Below are positions 26,086 to 38,799 of a DNA stretch of 64,000 nucleotides, piece by piece. The notes beneath the pieces were generated by a model. It did not search any database, was not told where the DNA came from, and worked only from the letters and a program-made list of their open reading frames with translations. The translations under genes and the position numbers were made by a program. The stretch covers positions 29,884,001-29,948,000 of the forward strand of contig OZ024759.1 in NCBI GenBank assembly GCA_964016885.1, read 5' to 3'. Each line of letters begins with the position of its first letter. Position 1 is the stretch's first letter. The stretch is from Eledone cirrhosa. Taxonomy: Eukaryota.

Positions 26086-27425
26086 ATTTTAGTATTTACA
26101 TTTATTCCCTTTCAATTGCAATACTTCAAAACACCTGTTTTGCATTGAACCAATAAGATTTCTAAGAGTTTCGTTATGAATTTCATTCCAATACTGTTTA
26201 ATGCAAGACTTTAACGTTTCTCTATCTTCAAATTGATGTCCATTGTTGTACACCCTTCTTGCCAAAATTCCCCACAAATTTTCTATTGGGTTTAAGTCTG
26301 GAGACTTAGTGGGCCAGTCCAAAACTTCGATGTTTTTTGTTTTAAACCAGTCTTTCGTGAGCTTAGAGGTGTGTATGGTTGCGTTGTCCTGTTGAAAAAT
26401 GGCATTATTGTTGTCTGGATGATTCATAAATGGGACAAGCCTTTCTTCCAACACATTGATGTACCGAGCAGAGTTTTGTTTCCCTTCCATCACTCCTAAA
26501 TCAGCCTTTCCAGACGCAGAAAAAGCTCCCCAAATCATAAGAGATCCTCCTCCAAATGGTCTTTTTGAAAACAGCTGCGCTTCCTTTCTTAAATCATGCC
26601 AATAACGCTGGGAACCGTCGGGCCCATCCAAATTAAACTTTTTCTCGTCAGAAAACCCCACGGTTGCCCATTTATCCTTTGCCCATGTTACTTTCTCCTT
26701 TACCCAATCTACACGCTTCTTCTTGTGTTCAGCAGTTAAAGCAGGAGCCATCTTCCTCTTTCGATATATGAAATTTGGCGAATCATGGAGAATTTGACGA
26801 ACTCTTCTTGGAGACAAGGGCAAATTCTGAGATTGTTGCAGGTCTCTTGAGCTTGACTGTCCCCTAGAAGCTTCTCGAAAAAGTTGACGCCTGGCTGCAT
26901 CTGTAATTTTAGGTGGATGGTCTGGTCGTTTTTTGGTGCCGTACGATTCAGTGTCCTTTAGATAATTTCTCACAACTGTTCGGGACCTCGACAGTTCTCT
27001 TGCAATAAAACTAATAGATTTTCCTTCCAAGTTATAGGCAGAAATTTGCCCTTTTTCATTTTCATTAAGGTGAGAGTTCCTCGGCATTTGCAGTGACTTT
27101 ATGCAATGTTTAATTAGGAATCACGTGGCTTGTAATCATGATAAGAGTTGTTTACAATCTGCGCATGCACTTATTCTTTCTTTGACACTCAGAAGTAATC
27201 CGGAAATACGAATTTTCTAAACTGTCTTATACTTATTTCCACCCTCTAAAACGTAGTTTTGTTGTTAAGAACTTTTTTTTCGTGGAAAGTTTTTATAAAA
27301 TCGAATATGTATACCGATTCCCATAGGATCTATGTCCCACACATACATTTTTAAAGGAATTTGTGCAGTAATAAGAAAATGATTAACAATTTAATGGGGT
27401 GTCTTATACTTATTTCCACCACTTT
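26086..27425 (-). mobile_element. Tc3-like DNA transposon with left IR/DR end only
   Basis: gtcttatacttatttccacc occurs at 27401-27420 (terminal, next to TA) and 27224-27243 (inner repeat); no matching repeat downstream of the stop codon. Confidence 0.8.
26089..27087 (-). CDS. Tc3-like Tc1/mariner transposase (DD34E), intact 332 aa
   Basis: N-terminus MPRNSHLNENEKGQI...SRSRTVVRNYLKDTESYGT resembles C. elegans Tc3; FSDEKKFNLDGPDG, WGAFS, FQQDNATIH, WPTKSPDLNPIENLW; 34 residues between the second D and E. Confidence 0.95.
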   Translation of the reverse strand: MPRNSHLNENEKGQISAYNLEGKSISFIARELSRSRTVVRNYLKDTESYGTKKRPDHPPKITDAARRQLFREASRGQSSSRDLQQSQNLPLSPRRVRQILHDSPNFIYRKRKMAPALTAEHKKKRVDWVKEKVTWAKDKWATVGFSDEKKFNLDGPDGSQRYWHDLRKEAQLFSKRPFGGGSLMIWGAFSASGKADLGVMEGKQNSARYINVLEERLVPFMNHPDNNNAIFQQDNATIHTSKLTKDWFKTKNIEVLDWPTKSPDLNPIENLWGILARRVYNNGHQFEDRETLKSCIKQYWNEIHNETLRNLIGSMQNRCFEVLQLKGNKCKY

Positions 27426-27471
27426 ATATGTACATATATATACATATATACATATATACATATATACATGC

Positions 27472-27526
<55 letters not shown>

Positions 27527-27533
27527 TACATGC

Positions 27534-27590
<57 letters not shown>

Positions 27591-27741
27591 TACACATATA
27601 CATACATATATACATACATATATACATATATATATACACATATACAAACATATATACATTTATATACATTTATATATATATATAGAGAGAGAGTGAGTGA
27701 GAGAGAGAAAGAGAGAGGGGGAAGGGAGAAAGAAAGAGTGC

Positions 27742-27776
<35 letters not shown>

Positions 27777-29305
27777 GGGGCGAGGGAGGAAGGACTTTGA
27801 CGATGCTTTAGTATTTCATCTGAGGGCAATATGATCTTTGGAGATCAATAATAGTTTTGGTAAGTTGATTTCATTCAAGCCTTCGTAATGGAGGAGAGGG
27901 GAGACGGTAGATGGTAGAACAGCAGACGAGGAGGGTGATGGTGGTGGTGGTGGGGGGGGGGGTCGACAGGAGTAAACAAGGAGTGATGTGGGGGGTGCGG
28001 GTGGTGTAGGTGGGGGTGTGGTAGTGTAGGTGGGCGTGCGGGTGGTGTAGGTGGGGAGGGGCAGACTTTTATCTCAATCGATATTTACTAAGAGAAAGCA
28101 TGCATGTAAACTAAGCACTGAGAATTGCACACACACGCACACACACACTCTCACACACACAATTATATACACACACACACACACACACAGACATACAAAC
28201 ATATAAACACACAAACAAATCCCCACACAAAAGCAGGCACACATACACACACAAACACACACAAAAGGTGCGTGCACACAAACACTCACACACAAAAAGA
28301 CAGACACAGGCCACACACACACACAAACACACACACGGCCAAATAGACATACATACATACACACTCAAACAAATACAAATACACACACACAGAAAGATAC
28401 GTAAACACACAAACAGTAAAAAGGTGCGCGTAATCACATCTATATAAAGATATGAACTCACGCAGAGATACACACTCACAACATAACACACATACACCTT
28501 TATATACATACACACATGTGTGTGTCTATGTATATAAATATACACACGTGTGTGTGTTTACATATAAAAGAAAATATATTCATGAAAAATACTACGTTTT
28601 CATATTTGAAAGGGAGTGTATATGGTGCATGTATGCATATAGATGTATGTATGTATATATGTATGTATGTATGTAAGTAGGTATATATATATATATATAT
28701 AAATATCTATGTATATATAAATATGTATGTATATATACATATGATATATATATGTATATATACATACATAAATATATTTATACAAATATGTCTATATACA
28801 TATATATAAATACCTATATATATATATTAGTATATATAAATACCTATATATATATATTAGTATATATTTATACATAAATATATATGCTCACCCACACCCA
28901 CCGACACACACATATATATACACACAAACAAATATATCTATCTCAATATATACATATACATACATACATACATATATATAAGATAGATAGATAGATAGAT
29001 ATATAGATAGACAAATATATAGATAGATAGCTACATAGATATATAGATAGACATATAGATAGCTATGTAGATATATAGACTGTACACTGTTTTAGCTATT
29101 CAGAATTATCATATGCCACAAACGTCTGTTCTCTTTCATGTACAAAACTTAACATCAATAGCTATCGCCATCTGGCGTGCGTGTTGCGAGGCTCTCTCAA
29201 GTGTACAAGAGGAAATCTTGTACAAACTAGACAGTCATTTATAGATTTCTAAGTATATATATATATATATATATATATAATGTATAATAAACAATACAAT
29301 ATAAT

Positions 29306-29377
29306 TACCTCATTACCAGAGGTTTCCCGAATAAGACTAATACGAAAAACGTCCTCATTCGTTCGTCGGACAAGGCA
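29306..29377 (-). ncRNA. hammerhead ribozyme with CCGACGA core variant
   Basis: TGCCTTGT-CCGACGA-A-CGAATGAGGAC...GTCTTATTCG-G-GAAAC-CTCTG-GTA-ATGAGGTA. Confidence 0.7.
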
Positions 29378-29577
29378 ATTTAAAACATAGTGAAATATTT
29401 GAAAAATCTCCTCAAGAAAGGCAAGAGTTTATATATATATATATACATATATATACAAATACAAAATTTGTGAGCATCCAACATATGGGTATATACACTG
29501 ATTTACCTAGCTCCCCGATACACACACACACACACACTCACACATATCTATCTATCTATATGTATATATATATATAT

Positions 29578-29620
<43 letters not shown>

Positions 29621-29622
29621 TC

Positions 29623-29720
<98 letters not shown>

Positions 29721-29746
29721 TCTATATATATATATATAAATATATC

Positions 29747-29800
<54 letters not shown>

Positions 29801-29804
29801 TATC

Positions 29805-29893
<89 letters not shown>

Positions 29894-30032
29894 GTATATG
29901 CTATATTCTTGAGCTGGCATTTTGTTCCAGTGGAAGATTCGGTTACATAGCATATATATACATACATCAAAAATCAAGAAGTTACAGTTAGTTCTATTCT
30001 GGGTAGAAGTTTATATTTCTCAATAAGGTATC

Positions 30033-30091
<59 letters not shown>

Positions 30092-30242
30092 CCTTTTCAA
30101 AAACGTATTAAATGTTGCGTGCTAATCTTTCGATCCAATTGATTATGGTAATAAGATCAGAAAAAGCTGTGATGTAAAGAGAATCCAACCAACCAATAAT
30201 TTGATGATTCTTTCGGTTCGGTAAGCTGTATTCAGACATTAC

Positions 30243-30522
<280 letters not shown>

Positions 30523-30650
30523 CTTAAACTTAAGCCAAAATCTCATTTTGGGGGTATACAACCAAAATGGGCTAAAAGAGGTCGGTTATAAAGATGTTAA
30601 CGTTAACATTATAGAGTTATAAATTAATTATAAATGTATATATATATATA

Positions 30651-30695
<45 letters not shown>

Positions 30696-30780
30696 GGAAA
30701 GCTAGAGCGAGAGAGAGAAGGAGGTGTATGTATATATATATATATATGAGAAAAATTACAGACCCTCCATCTCAACTCTA

Positions 30781-30816
30781 CTTTTGAAAAGCAGAAGAAC
30801 TGCGAAACCGGTAAAG
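30781..30816 (+). ncRNA. minimal hammerhead with U3-A8 core variant
   Basis: CTT-TTGAAAA-GCAG-AAGAA-CTGC-GAAAC-CG-GTA-AAG; palindromic ACCGGT stem III. Confidence 0.6.
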
Positions 30817-30948
30817 GAACCCAATAAATATATATATTTAAAAAAAAAATAAAACTCCAGTTACATTTTCGATTTCACCTTTTTTTCTTTATACTTTCAC
30901 TCGTGTAGGACACCTCGGTTATTTTTCATTTTGTAAAAAAAACCTCAC

Positions 30949-30987
<39 letters not shown>

Positions 30988-31018
30988 ATGAATCAAAGAA
31001 CTGTTCAAAACATTATTG

Positions 31019-31065
31019 TGCTTACAGCTGTTTCCTCCAAACCGAGGTTTGGATTCTTCGGAGCA
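31019..31065 (-). ncRNA. minimal hammerhead (CCGAAGA core) at the PLE 3' end
   Basis: TGCT-CCGAAGA-A-TCCAAAC-CTCG-GTTTGGA-G-GAAAC-AGCT-GTA-AGCA. Confidence 0.75.
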
Positions 31066-32509
31066 ATTTATTAATGCATGGACAGTTATATGACCTCCTT
31101 TTCAGCCGAGAGACATACCAATACATATTCAAACATTGATACATATTCAAACATTGTGGGTCAACATTCATTACAGAATTTAGAGTGGCAGTACACACTT
31201 CGAGATTACATTTATATTAATAGGTACAATCAAAAAAATCAAAGATATAGGTTAAAGTACAACATGAAGATAAGTGGTTATATAGTGCAAATGTTATATG
31301 TGTGGCACGCATGTGCGTCTTGTTTATATAGTGTGGCAGAGAGATATGTGTGGTAGAGGCACTTAGGTAGGTAAATAAGAGTGTTAGGTTGGTAGATCTG
31401 GTGGCAAAGTCTTTATATGATTGATATAGTCTGTGTGTGGAGAAATATTATAAGCATTAAAGATAGTGCAAGCATTAAAAGTGTTATAAGTATTGGAGAT
31501 GCACAGCGCAGGGATGTCAAGTAATTCATGTACTTCGGTATTTTCATGGTCAAGGGAGTGTATATTTCGATTATATGCCTTTCACATAATCCACGACAAT
31601 CCAGTTAGAGATCGTAGTCTGGTGCTCTTTAGTTCGATACAGGTGGTTGTTACGTTTCGAGAGACGCCATTGAATACCGGAAGTGTGTGTGTGGCTAAGG
31701 GGAGTTAATGCATGCGGGGAGGTAACTCTGGGGTTTCTATATCTAGCCATTAAAATGTGTCTCAATATAGACCCTAAATTCTATGGTGAGGTGCACCTTC
31801 CAAGAGAGACTTTTAAAGCATAAAGTGTACTAACTATAGAGTAGTTTAACTAAATTATGCTGAAGGTGATCATATTATTATTAGGGTGGATTAACCCATC
31901 TTAAGGTGCTACAAATGGAAATTATAGATGATGAGCGAGGATTCTAAATTAATGATCTCTATGGTTGTAGTCTGCTCATATGACCAGGCGCGGTGATTGC
32001 AGGATTGCTTCAGGACCCAATGATCTCTGGTAAGATCCGGGTCATCGCTTGCTACATTGGATGTCGAAAGATAATCATCCCCAGGCAGGCCAAAGGTCAA
32101 GTCGCAGTCCTCGCGACCCCTCTCTGACCGTCAGATCATCCATATACGTACAACCCGCACGGCAGTTGCATTGCATTCACTCACTGCGCTCAGCGGCCTG
32201 GTCCTACTGGTCAACAGCGCTACTCGATTAAATCATTTTACAATGTCTAAGGAAGGTGTTTCCTCTGCCCAACACCATCCAACCGATCAATTGATGCTCA
32301 AATTACCCTTAGAGCGGCGTAGTGCCGTCCAGGTGGGTGGATGTTGTCACACCTGCCGTAGAGGTATAAATGGGTATTTTCCCTGCGAAGGGTTCCAGAG
32401 GGATGTCGTTGTTTGTGTTATAATGGATCAGCTAGTGTTGGGTATGTAGTATAGGGTGTGTCTCTGGTGTTTGATGCTAGATGTGGTGTTAGGTTCCAGT
32501 CCGACACTG

Positions 32510-34993
32510 CTATATATGGGGCTTAAAGTTTTGGAAGGAATGTCTGAGGCGGTGCTGGCAAGTTGCAAACACCTCAGATTTTTTGTTAAGTAGGTTACGG
32601 TTGGAGAAGATAATATTGTGTGTCTCTAGTATACAGAGGTTACAGAATTTATTAGGTGGTTTGTACGAGGTCGCGCTGCCTAACACTTCCCATTTGAGTG
32701 TGTATGGTTTATTTTTAGATTTTAGATAGTGAATGTAGCTAGAAAGTGAGGTGGAGTTGGCTAGGCTGTGCTTTTTGAACGAGTGGATGTGCGAGTTATA
32801 TCTAATTTTGAAGCAGTTAGAAGTGGAGCCTACATAGGTTTCTGAAGAGTTATTAGTCGTGACTGTGCATGAGTATATGACATCCTTGGTTAGGCATTTT
32901 TTATCTAAAGGGCAGGTTCTATTAGCTCTACAGTTACAATTATTCTGTGCGTTAGTCCGCTGGTTATAATGCAATGCGGAAGTCTGTGTGGTGGGTATAG
33001 GATTTTGGGTGTTCAGGTTGACAACCCTGGTGTTATTACTTATACTAGTGTTATTTCTATTGTTACTGCCGTTGCTATTGTTGCTTGCTACAGTGGTATT
33101 TAGAGGGTTTGCATCCCGTTGCGATTTTGTTTGTTGGAAGTAAGAACTAATTTTACTATTATTGCTGCTAGCTATGTGGTATGCTAAGTTAGGCGTCGTG
33201 GAGTATGAGATTTTAATGGTGTTTTTGTTTAAGAGGTTGTGGTACTTGTGTCCTAGAGGGAAGTTTTTATCTAGTAGTGAGAAGAAAGCCCTAGGTATGT
33301 TGGTGGAGACATTTAGGTTGAAAGGAGGGTTGAAAAATGTATTATTTCTTCTTCTATTTTTGCTTTTAGTGTTTGGTGTGTTGCTTCCTCCTAAGGCCTC
33401 ACAGTAGTTTCCATGGTAATGGTTACTTCCGGTGGCACCCTCCGCTTTGGTGTACTTGTGGTTGCTATTCCTATTATTAGATTTCCTCATGGACATGTTG
33501 TGCGAGATGATGTTGTAGCTATGTGTTTTCTTAGGTAGGAACTCAATTTCTATATTATGGCCGGAGCTAGCTAATGCTTGATTGTAATATTGTGAGTTTT
33601 TGCTAAATATGTTTGCGTCATAGGACAGACTAGAGATTCTATTGGACACCCCCTTAGAGATAGAGTTTAATATTGATCTAGGGTGATTAGACTTGGTATC
33701 TACGTAAATAAGTTTCTCATTAGGCTTATGGAAGGGTGTATATATTTTTGAGTCTAGGTATAGTGTGGCGTCTAGGAAGTTAACATTTTTAGTGTTTTTG
33801 TCCATGGTGATACTAAGGTTAAAGTTTTTGAATGTCTTATGCAGTTGTTTTCTAGTTCTTTCTATATTAAATTTCTTATATTCTATGAGTAGAAGTGCAT
33901 CATCGCGGTACAAACCACCGTTGAGGTAAGGGAGGTCTTTATGGATTTCATTGAGGAGGTATAGGCCGACCAAATCAGTGACCTGCGCCGAGTCACTAGA
34001 TCCCATGGTTATGTCGAAGTTGTTGTGCGTATCCTTGCGTGTCCATAGTTGGTCCTCGAAGGTGATTATGGTTTTACGGGCCGCAAGGATGACATCAACC
34101 TGGGCTCTAGTCAGGTCGCTATTGGTCATGGCCATGATAAGTGCCTTATTTAATAGGATAGGGGAAATAGAGGTGTAGTATGAGTTGATATCAAATTGAA
34201 TAAATTTTTTGTTCTTATTATTCTTGATATCCTTAAACCATTCAATTACTTCACCCGTATTTCCCCATTGTTTAAGGTGTATCTTGTGTTTAATTTGTGG
34301 GATGATTTTATCCAAAATCTTCTTGCTGATAATACCAATGTCGGACTTGGAAGGGCAGATAAGTCTTATCGTGGGGTTGCTGATGAAGTTCTCCTTATGG
34401 TCCTTCAGAGAGAATCTAGGGGGGTTCGGAGTGAAAGGTTGTGTATGCCTCTGTAGTCCTAGTTTAGACACTATATTATAACCCTCTACATTAATATCTT
34501 CTAAGTTTTTCAAGGTGGTTTTTTTGTAGCTTTTATGTAGTTCATTATATATAAACTTTCTATAAGTAATATAATCTAGGCTGTATATGTTATTAGTTTT
34601 ATCTGCGTGTACAATAATTTTATTACTAGTTTTGAATCCACTAATAGAAGTGTTAAGTTTGTTTAAGAAGGTGTTGCTTCTAATATGGTGCTTATTGTAT
34701 TTAATGTTCTTAACTAGTTTAACTAGGTCATTTTCAAAGGAGTTAAGTAGAGTGTTATGAGGGGGGCTTTTAAAGGTTTTAAAGCCGAAGGAGTCAAAAT
34801 TGTTAGTATTATTCAAGTTGTTAGATTTGTTTCTATCATAATGGAATGTCCTCCATCTCACTCTATTGATAAATGAATTTACACTGTTGATCAGCAATTT
34901 CTCATATGTATTCCTGGATGGTATTGGTATGTTCTTGGTTGACATGGGGAGTTGGTCTTTGATTAGCATATTGGTAATAAGGTAGTAATACAT
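32510..34993 (-). CDS. Penelope-like RT + C-terminal GIY-YIG endonuclease, 827 aa (Hydra-clade-like)
   Basis: KNIPIP..RVRW..FGFK, ADKTNN, LKDHK, RLICPSKS, FDINSYY, FDITMGS, LYRDDAL, NFLD, CNCR..CPL..CL, VIYSC..YVGST..FK.RY..H, C.LC..E..LNK..E..CQH; clade assignment is from recalled family motifs, not a search. Confidence 0.93.
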   Translation of the reverse strand: MYYYLITNMLIKDQLPMSTKNIPIPSRNTYEKLLINSVNSFINRVRWRTFHYDRNKSNNLNNTNNFDSFGFKTFKSPPHNTLLNSFENDLVKLVKNIKYNKHHIRSNTFLNKLNTSISGFKTSNKIIVHADKTNNIYSLDYITYRKFIYNELHKSYKKTTLKNLEDINVEGYNIVSKLGLQRHTQPFTPNPPRFSLKDHKENFISNPTIRLICPSKSDIGIISKKILDKIIPQIKHKIHLKQWGNTGEVIEWFKDIKNNKNKKFIQFDINSYYTSISPILLNKALIMAMTNSDLTRAQVDVILAARKTIITFEDQLWTRKDTHNNFDITMGSSDSAQVTDLVGLYLLNEIHKDLPYLNGGLYRDDALLLIEYKKFNIERTRKQLHKTFKNFNLSITMDKNTKNVNFLDATLYLDSKIYTPFHKPNEKLIYVDTKSNHPRSILNSISKGVSNRISSLSYDANIFSKNSQYYNQALASSGHNIEIEFLPKKTHSYNIISHNMSMRKSNNRNSNHKYTKAEGATGSNHYHGNYCEALGGSNTPNTKSKNRRRNNTFFNPPFNLNVSTNIPRAFFSLLDKNFPLGHKYHNLLNKNTIKISYSTTPNLAYHIASSNNSKISSYFQQTKSQRDANPLNTTVASNNSNGSNNRNNTSISNNTRVVNLNTQNPIPTTQTSALHYNQRTNAQNNCNCRANRTCPLDKKCLTKDVIYSCTVTTNNSSETYVGSTSNCFKIRYNSHIHSFKKHSLANSTSLSSYIHYLKSKNKPYTLKWEVLGSATSYKPPNKFCNLCILETHNIIFSNRNLLNKKSEVFATCQHRLRHSFQNFKPHI

Positions 34994-35853
34994 TACTGCC
35001 TACCACTATTTAGGGTGTGTGTAAAATACTTACAACTGCTTAAGGTTTTGTGTTTACATAACCATAAATAGTATAAATAATACTATATATATATATATAT
35101 ATATATAATTCACGTTGAAGAAACCGAGTATTACTCATTTGCACAGTAAAGGAAGGTGATATGCACTCGTGTTAACAAAAAAAAAGAAGAAATATGCCAC
35201 TGTTTCGTAATTTCATTTAACCAATGGAACTGTCTGTCTAGATGGTTGGTTGGGCTCGCTCTATAGATGGCTGTCAGATTGATTGGTTGGCTGGTTCCTG
35301 TGTTAATTGCTGGCGCGGTTGATGATGAGTGAATGCCATGTGGAGTGGTTACACATCATTTTCAAGTACTCCAGCGTACACAGTTTACATTGCTTTAAAT
35401 ACCAATTGAAGGAGTGGTCATGACAAAATACGCTCAGAGAAGTCTGGTGGCGGCGAGGGAAGTGTGATTCGTGTCTAGTTGTTTCATCTTAGAGCAATTA
35501 AGTTGTATCTCTGGATATGAAAGTATCTCGTTTGCAGGGCAGGGCTTGGTTCAATGCATTATTGATTTATATCCATCCAGCCAAGGTCACTGAGCATGTT
35601 GGTCATTGATCTAATTTCAAGATCAATTCTATTAATCGATAATCCGAGAGACGAGTATAGTTATAATTACCCCAAGATACTATAATAACAGAAATGCTCG
35701 TATTTATACTAATAGGGACATCATCATCATCATCATCATCATCACCACCACCATCAGTATTGCTATTATAATTAACACTATTATTTCGTTTTTTTTTTAA
35801 AATTTGTTTTACAAGATTCTTGATGTGAAATCATTTGTTGAAACACACACACA

Positions 35854-35906
<53 letters not shown>

Positions 35907-35910
<4 letters not shown>

Positions 35911-36040
35911 GGTAAACAGAAATAACAACACAATCCTTAAAGTATACAGAAGGAATATATTATGTTAATGTTTGAAATAGCAGGAAGTGTAGTCTGAACT
36001 TTTCAGACGCTAGTCCTTCATCATCAGAAAGAATGAGAAA
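35907..36040 (-). mobile_element. family B PLE end beside a (GT)n tract
   Basis: Near copy of 5395-5520, including tttcagacgctagtccttcatcatcag. Confidence 0.65.
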
Positions 36041-36292
36041 TTAGAAATCAAAATGGATGCAGTAAAATCCTGTTAGACCACACACACACAGACACACACA
36101 TATATATATATTGATATTGGTAGAACAATAACTTAAAATCGTCTGAGGGTGTTCTCAACCGCTGTAGATTCTCTTGTAGACTGTTAGGCTACGGGCTGGA
36201 GAGCTCAAAATTTATAAATGGGGAGAGAATAACCAAGTTATAAAATCTCCAAGCAGCTGGCCTTGAATCTAAATCAGAAGCCATTATCATCA

Positions 36293-36325
<33 letters not shown>

Positions 36326-36326
<1 letters not shown>

Positions 36327-36932
36327 CTATATATTAATACGCTAATACCTACGTACTTTACGTCCGACCGTGTGTGTCACGCTTTCAGTAATATAAATAA
36401 AAGTCGAATGACGTTCGTGAGACGTGCTAAAACAATGGAAGTGGGGTGGTAAACAATCTACGAAAGTCTACGGCGAAAGAAAATCAAAGAGCGTTGTAAC
36501 GTTTGAAAAGGAGAGAGAGAGAGAGAGTGGGGGGGGGGGGGGTTATAATATATTTAGAGAGAGGGGGTTATAATATAGAGAAAGGGGTGGGTTATTTTAT
36601 ATATATATATATAGAGAGAGAGAGGGGGTTATAATATATATAGAGAGAGGGTTATACTATATTTAAAGAGAGGGGTTTATAATATAGAGAAAAGGACGGG
36701 TTATAATATATAGAGAGAAGGGGGTTATAATATAAAGAAAGGAGGGTTAAAATATATATATAGAGAGGGGGTTAAATATATATAGAAAGGGGCATTATAA
36801 TATATAGAGAGGGTGGTTTTAATATATAGAGAAAGGGGTGGGTTTATATATATAGAGAAAGGGGTGGATTTAATATATTTAGAGAGACGGGGTTATAATA
36901 TAGAGAGAGGGGATTATCACGGGTCCAGCTAG
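36326..36932 (+). mobile_element. non-autonomous Helitron with internal minisatellite
   Basis: a|TCtatatattaatacg ... cacgggtccagCTAG|t (TC...CTAG at an AT site); internal tatagagagagggggttataa units. Confidence 0.65.
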
Positions 36933-36965
36933 TTATTATTATTATTATTATTATTTTATTATTAA

Positions 36966-37386
36966 AGGCGGTGGATTGGCAGAATCGGTAGAGGGTTGGA
37001 CGCCATGCTTTGCAACATAGAGTTACTTCCCTTTATGATCTGAGTTCAATCCCGCCGAGGTTAACTTTGCATTTCATCCTTACAGGGTCGATAAAATAAA
37101 GTACCAGTCACGCACTGGGGTCGATTTAATCGACTTTCCCCTCCCCCCAAAAATTGCTGGCCTTGTGCCTATATAAGAAACCATTATTATTATTATTATT
37201 AGGGCGGTGGATTGGCAGTATCGGTAGAGGGGTCCGACGCCATGCTTTCCAGCATAGTTACGTCCCTTTACGATCTGAGTTCAAATCCCGCCGAGGTTGA
37301 CTTTGCCTTTCATCCTTACGGGGTCGATAAAATAAAGTACCAGTAATGCACTGGGTAATTGCTGGCCTTGTGCTAAAGTAGAAACA

Positions 37387-37390
<4 letters not shown>
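36966..37390 (+). mobile_element. two tandem octopod-type tRNA SINEs (long and short subtypes)
   Basis: ggcggtggattggcag (A box) ... gagttcaaatccc (B box) ... gcctttcatccttacggggtcgataaaa ... (ATT)n. Confidence 0.9.
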
Positions 37391-37437
<47 letters not shown>

Positions 37438-37930
37438 TTTTTTTTTTTCCTATGGAAATCAGAAAGATTTTATCTTTATTTTCAAGAGTACATCGAGTAT
37501 GAATGGTTAATGAGATAGAAAGAATTAAAGTTTAAGAGATTATAGGAATGGTCATAATTGCTAATCCGGCTTAAGAAAAAAAGCCAATGGAAATTCATTT
37601 AAGAAATATATCTGCTTTTTTGTTTTTACTAATTCTATAAAAAATATTATTTTCATTCCCTACACCCGCACGCACACACATATCTATGTATGTGTTTGTT
37701 GTATGTGTGTGTGTGTGTGTATGTGTGTGTTTGCAAGTGTGTATGCATGTGTTTACTGGAAACCTCAAATAGATACCGTTCAATACATACGGAGACATGA
37801 GTGTGTGAGTATATATTATATATATATATATACACACACATAGATATACATATATGCACATATACATATATTCATACACATGCATGTATATACATGCATA
37901 TATATATACATACATATATATTTATATAAC

Positions 37931-37976
<46 letters not shown>

Positions 37977-38410
37977 CGATATATATCCCTAAATTTTACC
38001 AAAATAAAAAGAAACATACGTAAGATCATTCATTCCTGTAGAATTGGTTATGGAATCCAGAAATTCTTGGTATAATTTAAATTCCATAATTATGTAATAT
38101 AAATTTTCTTGAAATAAATAAAACAAATTTACTTCCTTTCAAATGCATATATTTCCTGTTCATTTCCAATATTTCTTTTTATATCAGTCTGTCCGAATGT
38201 CATATAATATTTTTCAACATCTTCAGGCCAACCATCTGGTAGAATATTCAAATCAGATTTAGATATCTTTTTTATTTGTTATTTATTCCTTAAATAAAAA
38301 AAAACAAACCCCACGATTAAATCTGTCGTATATTATGTATATATATACACATATATATATACACATATAAATATATATATATATATATGTGTGTATATAT
38401 ATGTATATAT

Positions 38411-38452
<42 letters not shown>

Positions 38453-38506
38453 GCATAGTTTTATCTACAAACGCGCACGCACACACACACATATATATAT
38501 AAATCG

Positions 38507-38553
<47 letters not shown>

Positions 38554-38563
38554 TACATATACA

Positions 38564-38607
<44 letters not shown>

Positions 38608-38799
38608 TGGTAGTGGTGGTAGTGGTAGTGGTGGTGGTGGTGGTGAACGATATCAGATATGATAACTGAGGTAGAAGTTTAGTTAGAAATGAGAAAAAAA
38701 GTGGAGGGAGGGAGGGAGTTATTGTTGGTGGCATCTTAGAGATGGCGGTTGTAGAGATTGGTAGAAGCAGACGACAGAGGAGAACTGGACAGTGGAAGA

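Larger units (their letters stand above)
30981..35082 (-). mobile_element. Penelope-like element (Hydra-clade-like), full ORF plus about 1.5-kb 3' region, inserted in (TA)n
   Basis: (TA)n at 30955-30980 and 35083-35107; ORF inside; terminal hammerhead on the same strand. Confidence 0.8.

Noticed and set aside
32510-34993. Naiad or selenoprotein PLE
   Set aside because: The endonuclease is C-terminal and there are no in-frame TGA codons.
37203-37300. tRNA gene calls at SINE heads
   Set aside because: A and B boxes are present but there is no cloverleaf; they continue into SINE body and tail.
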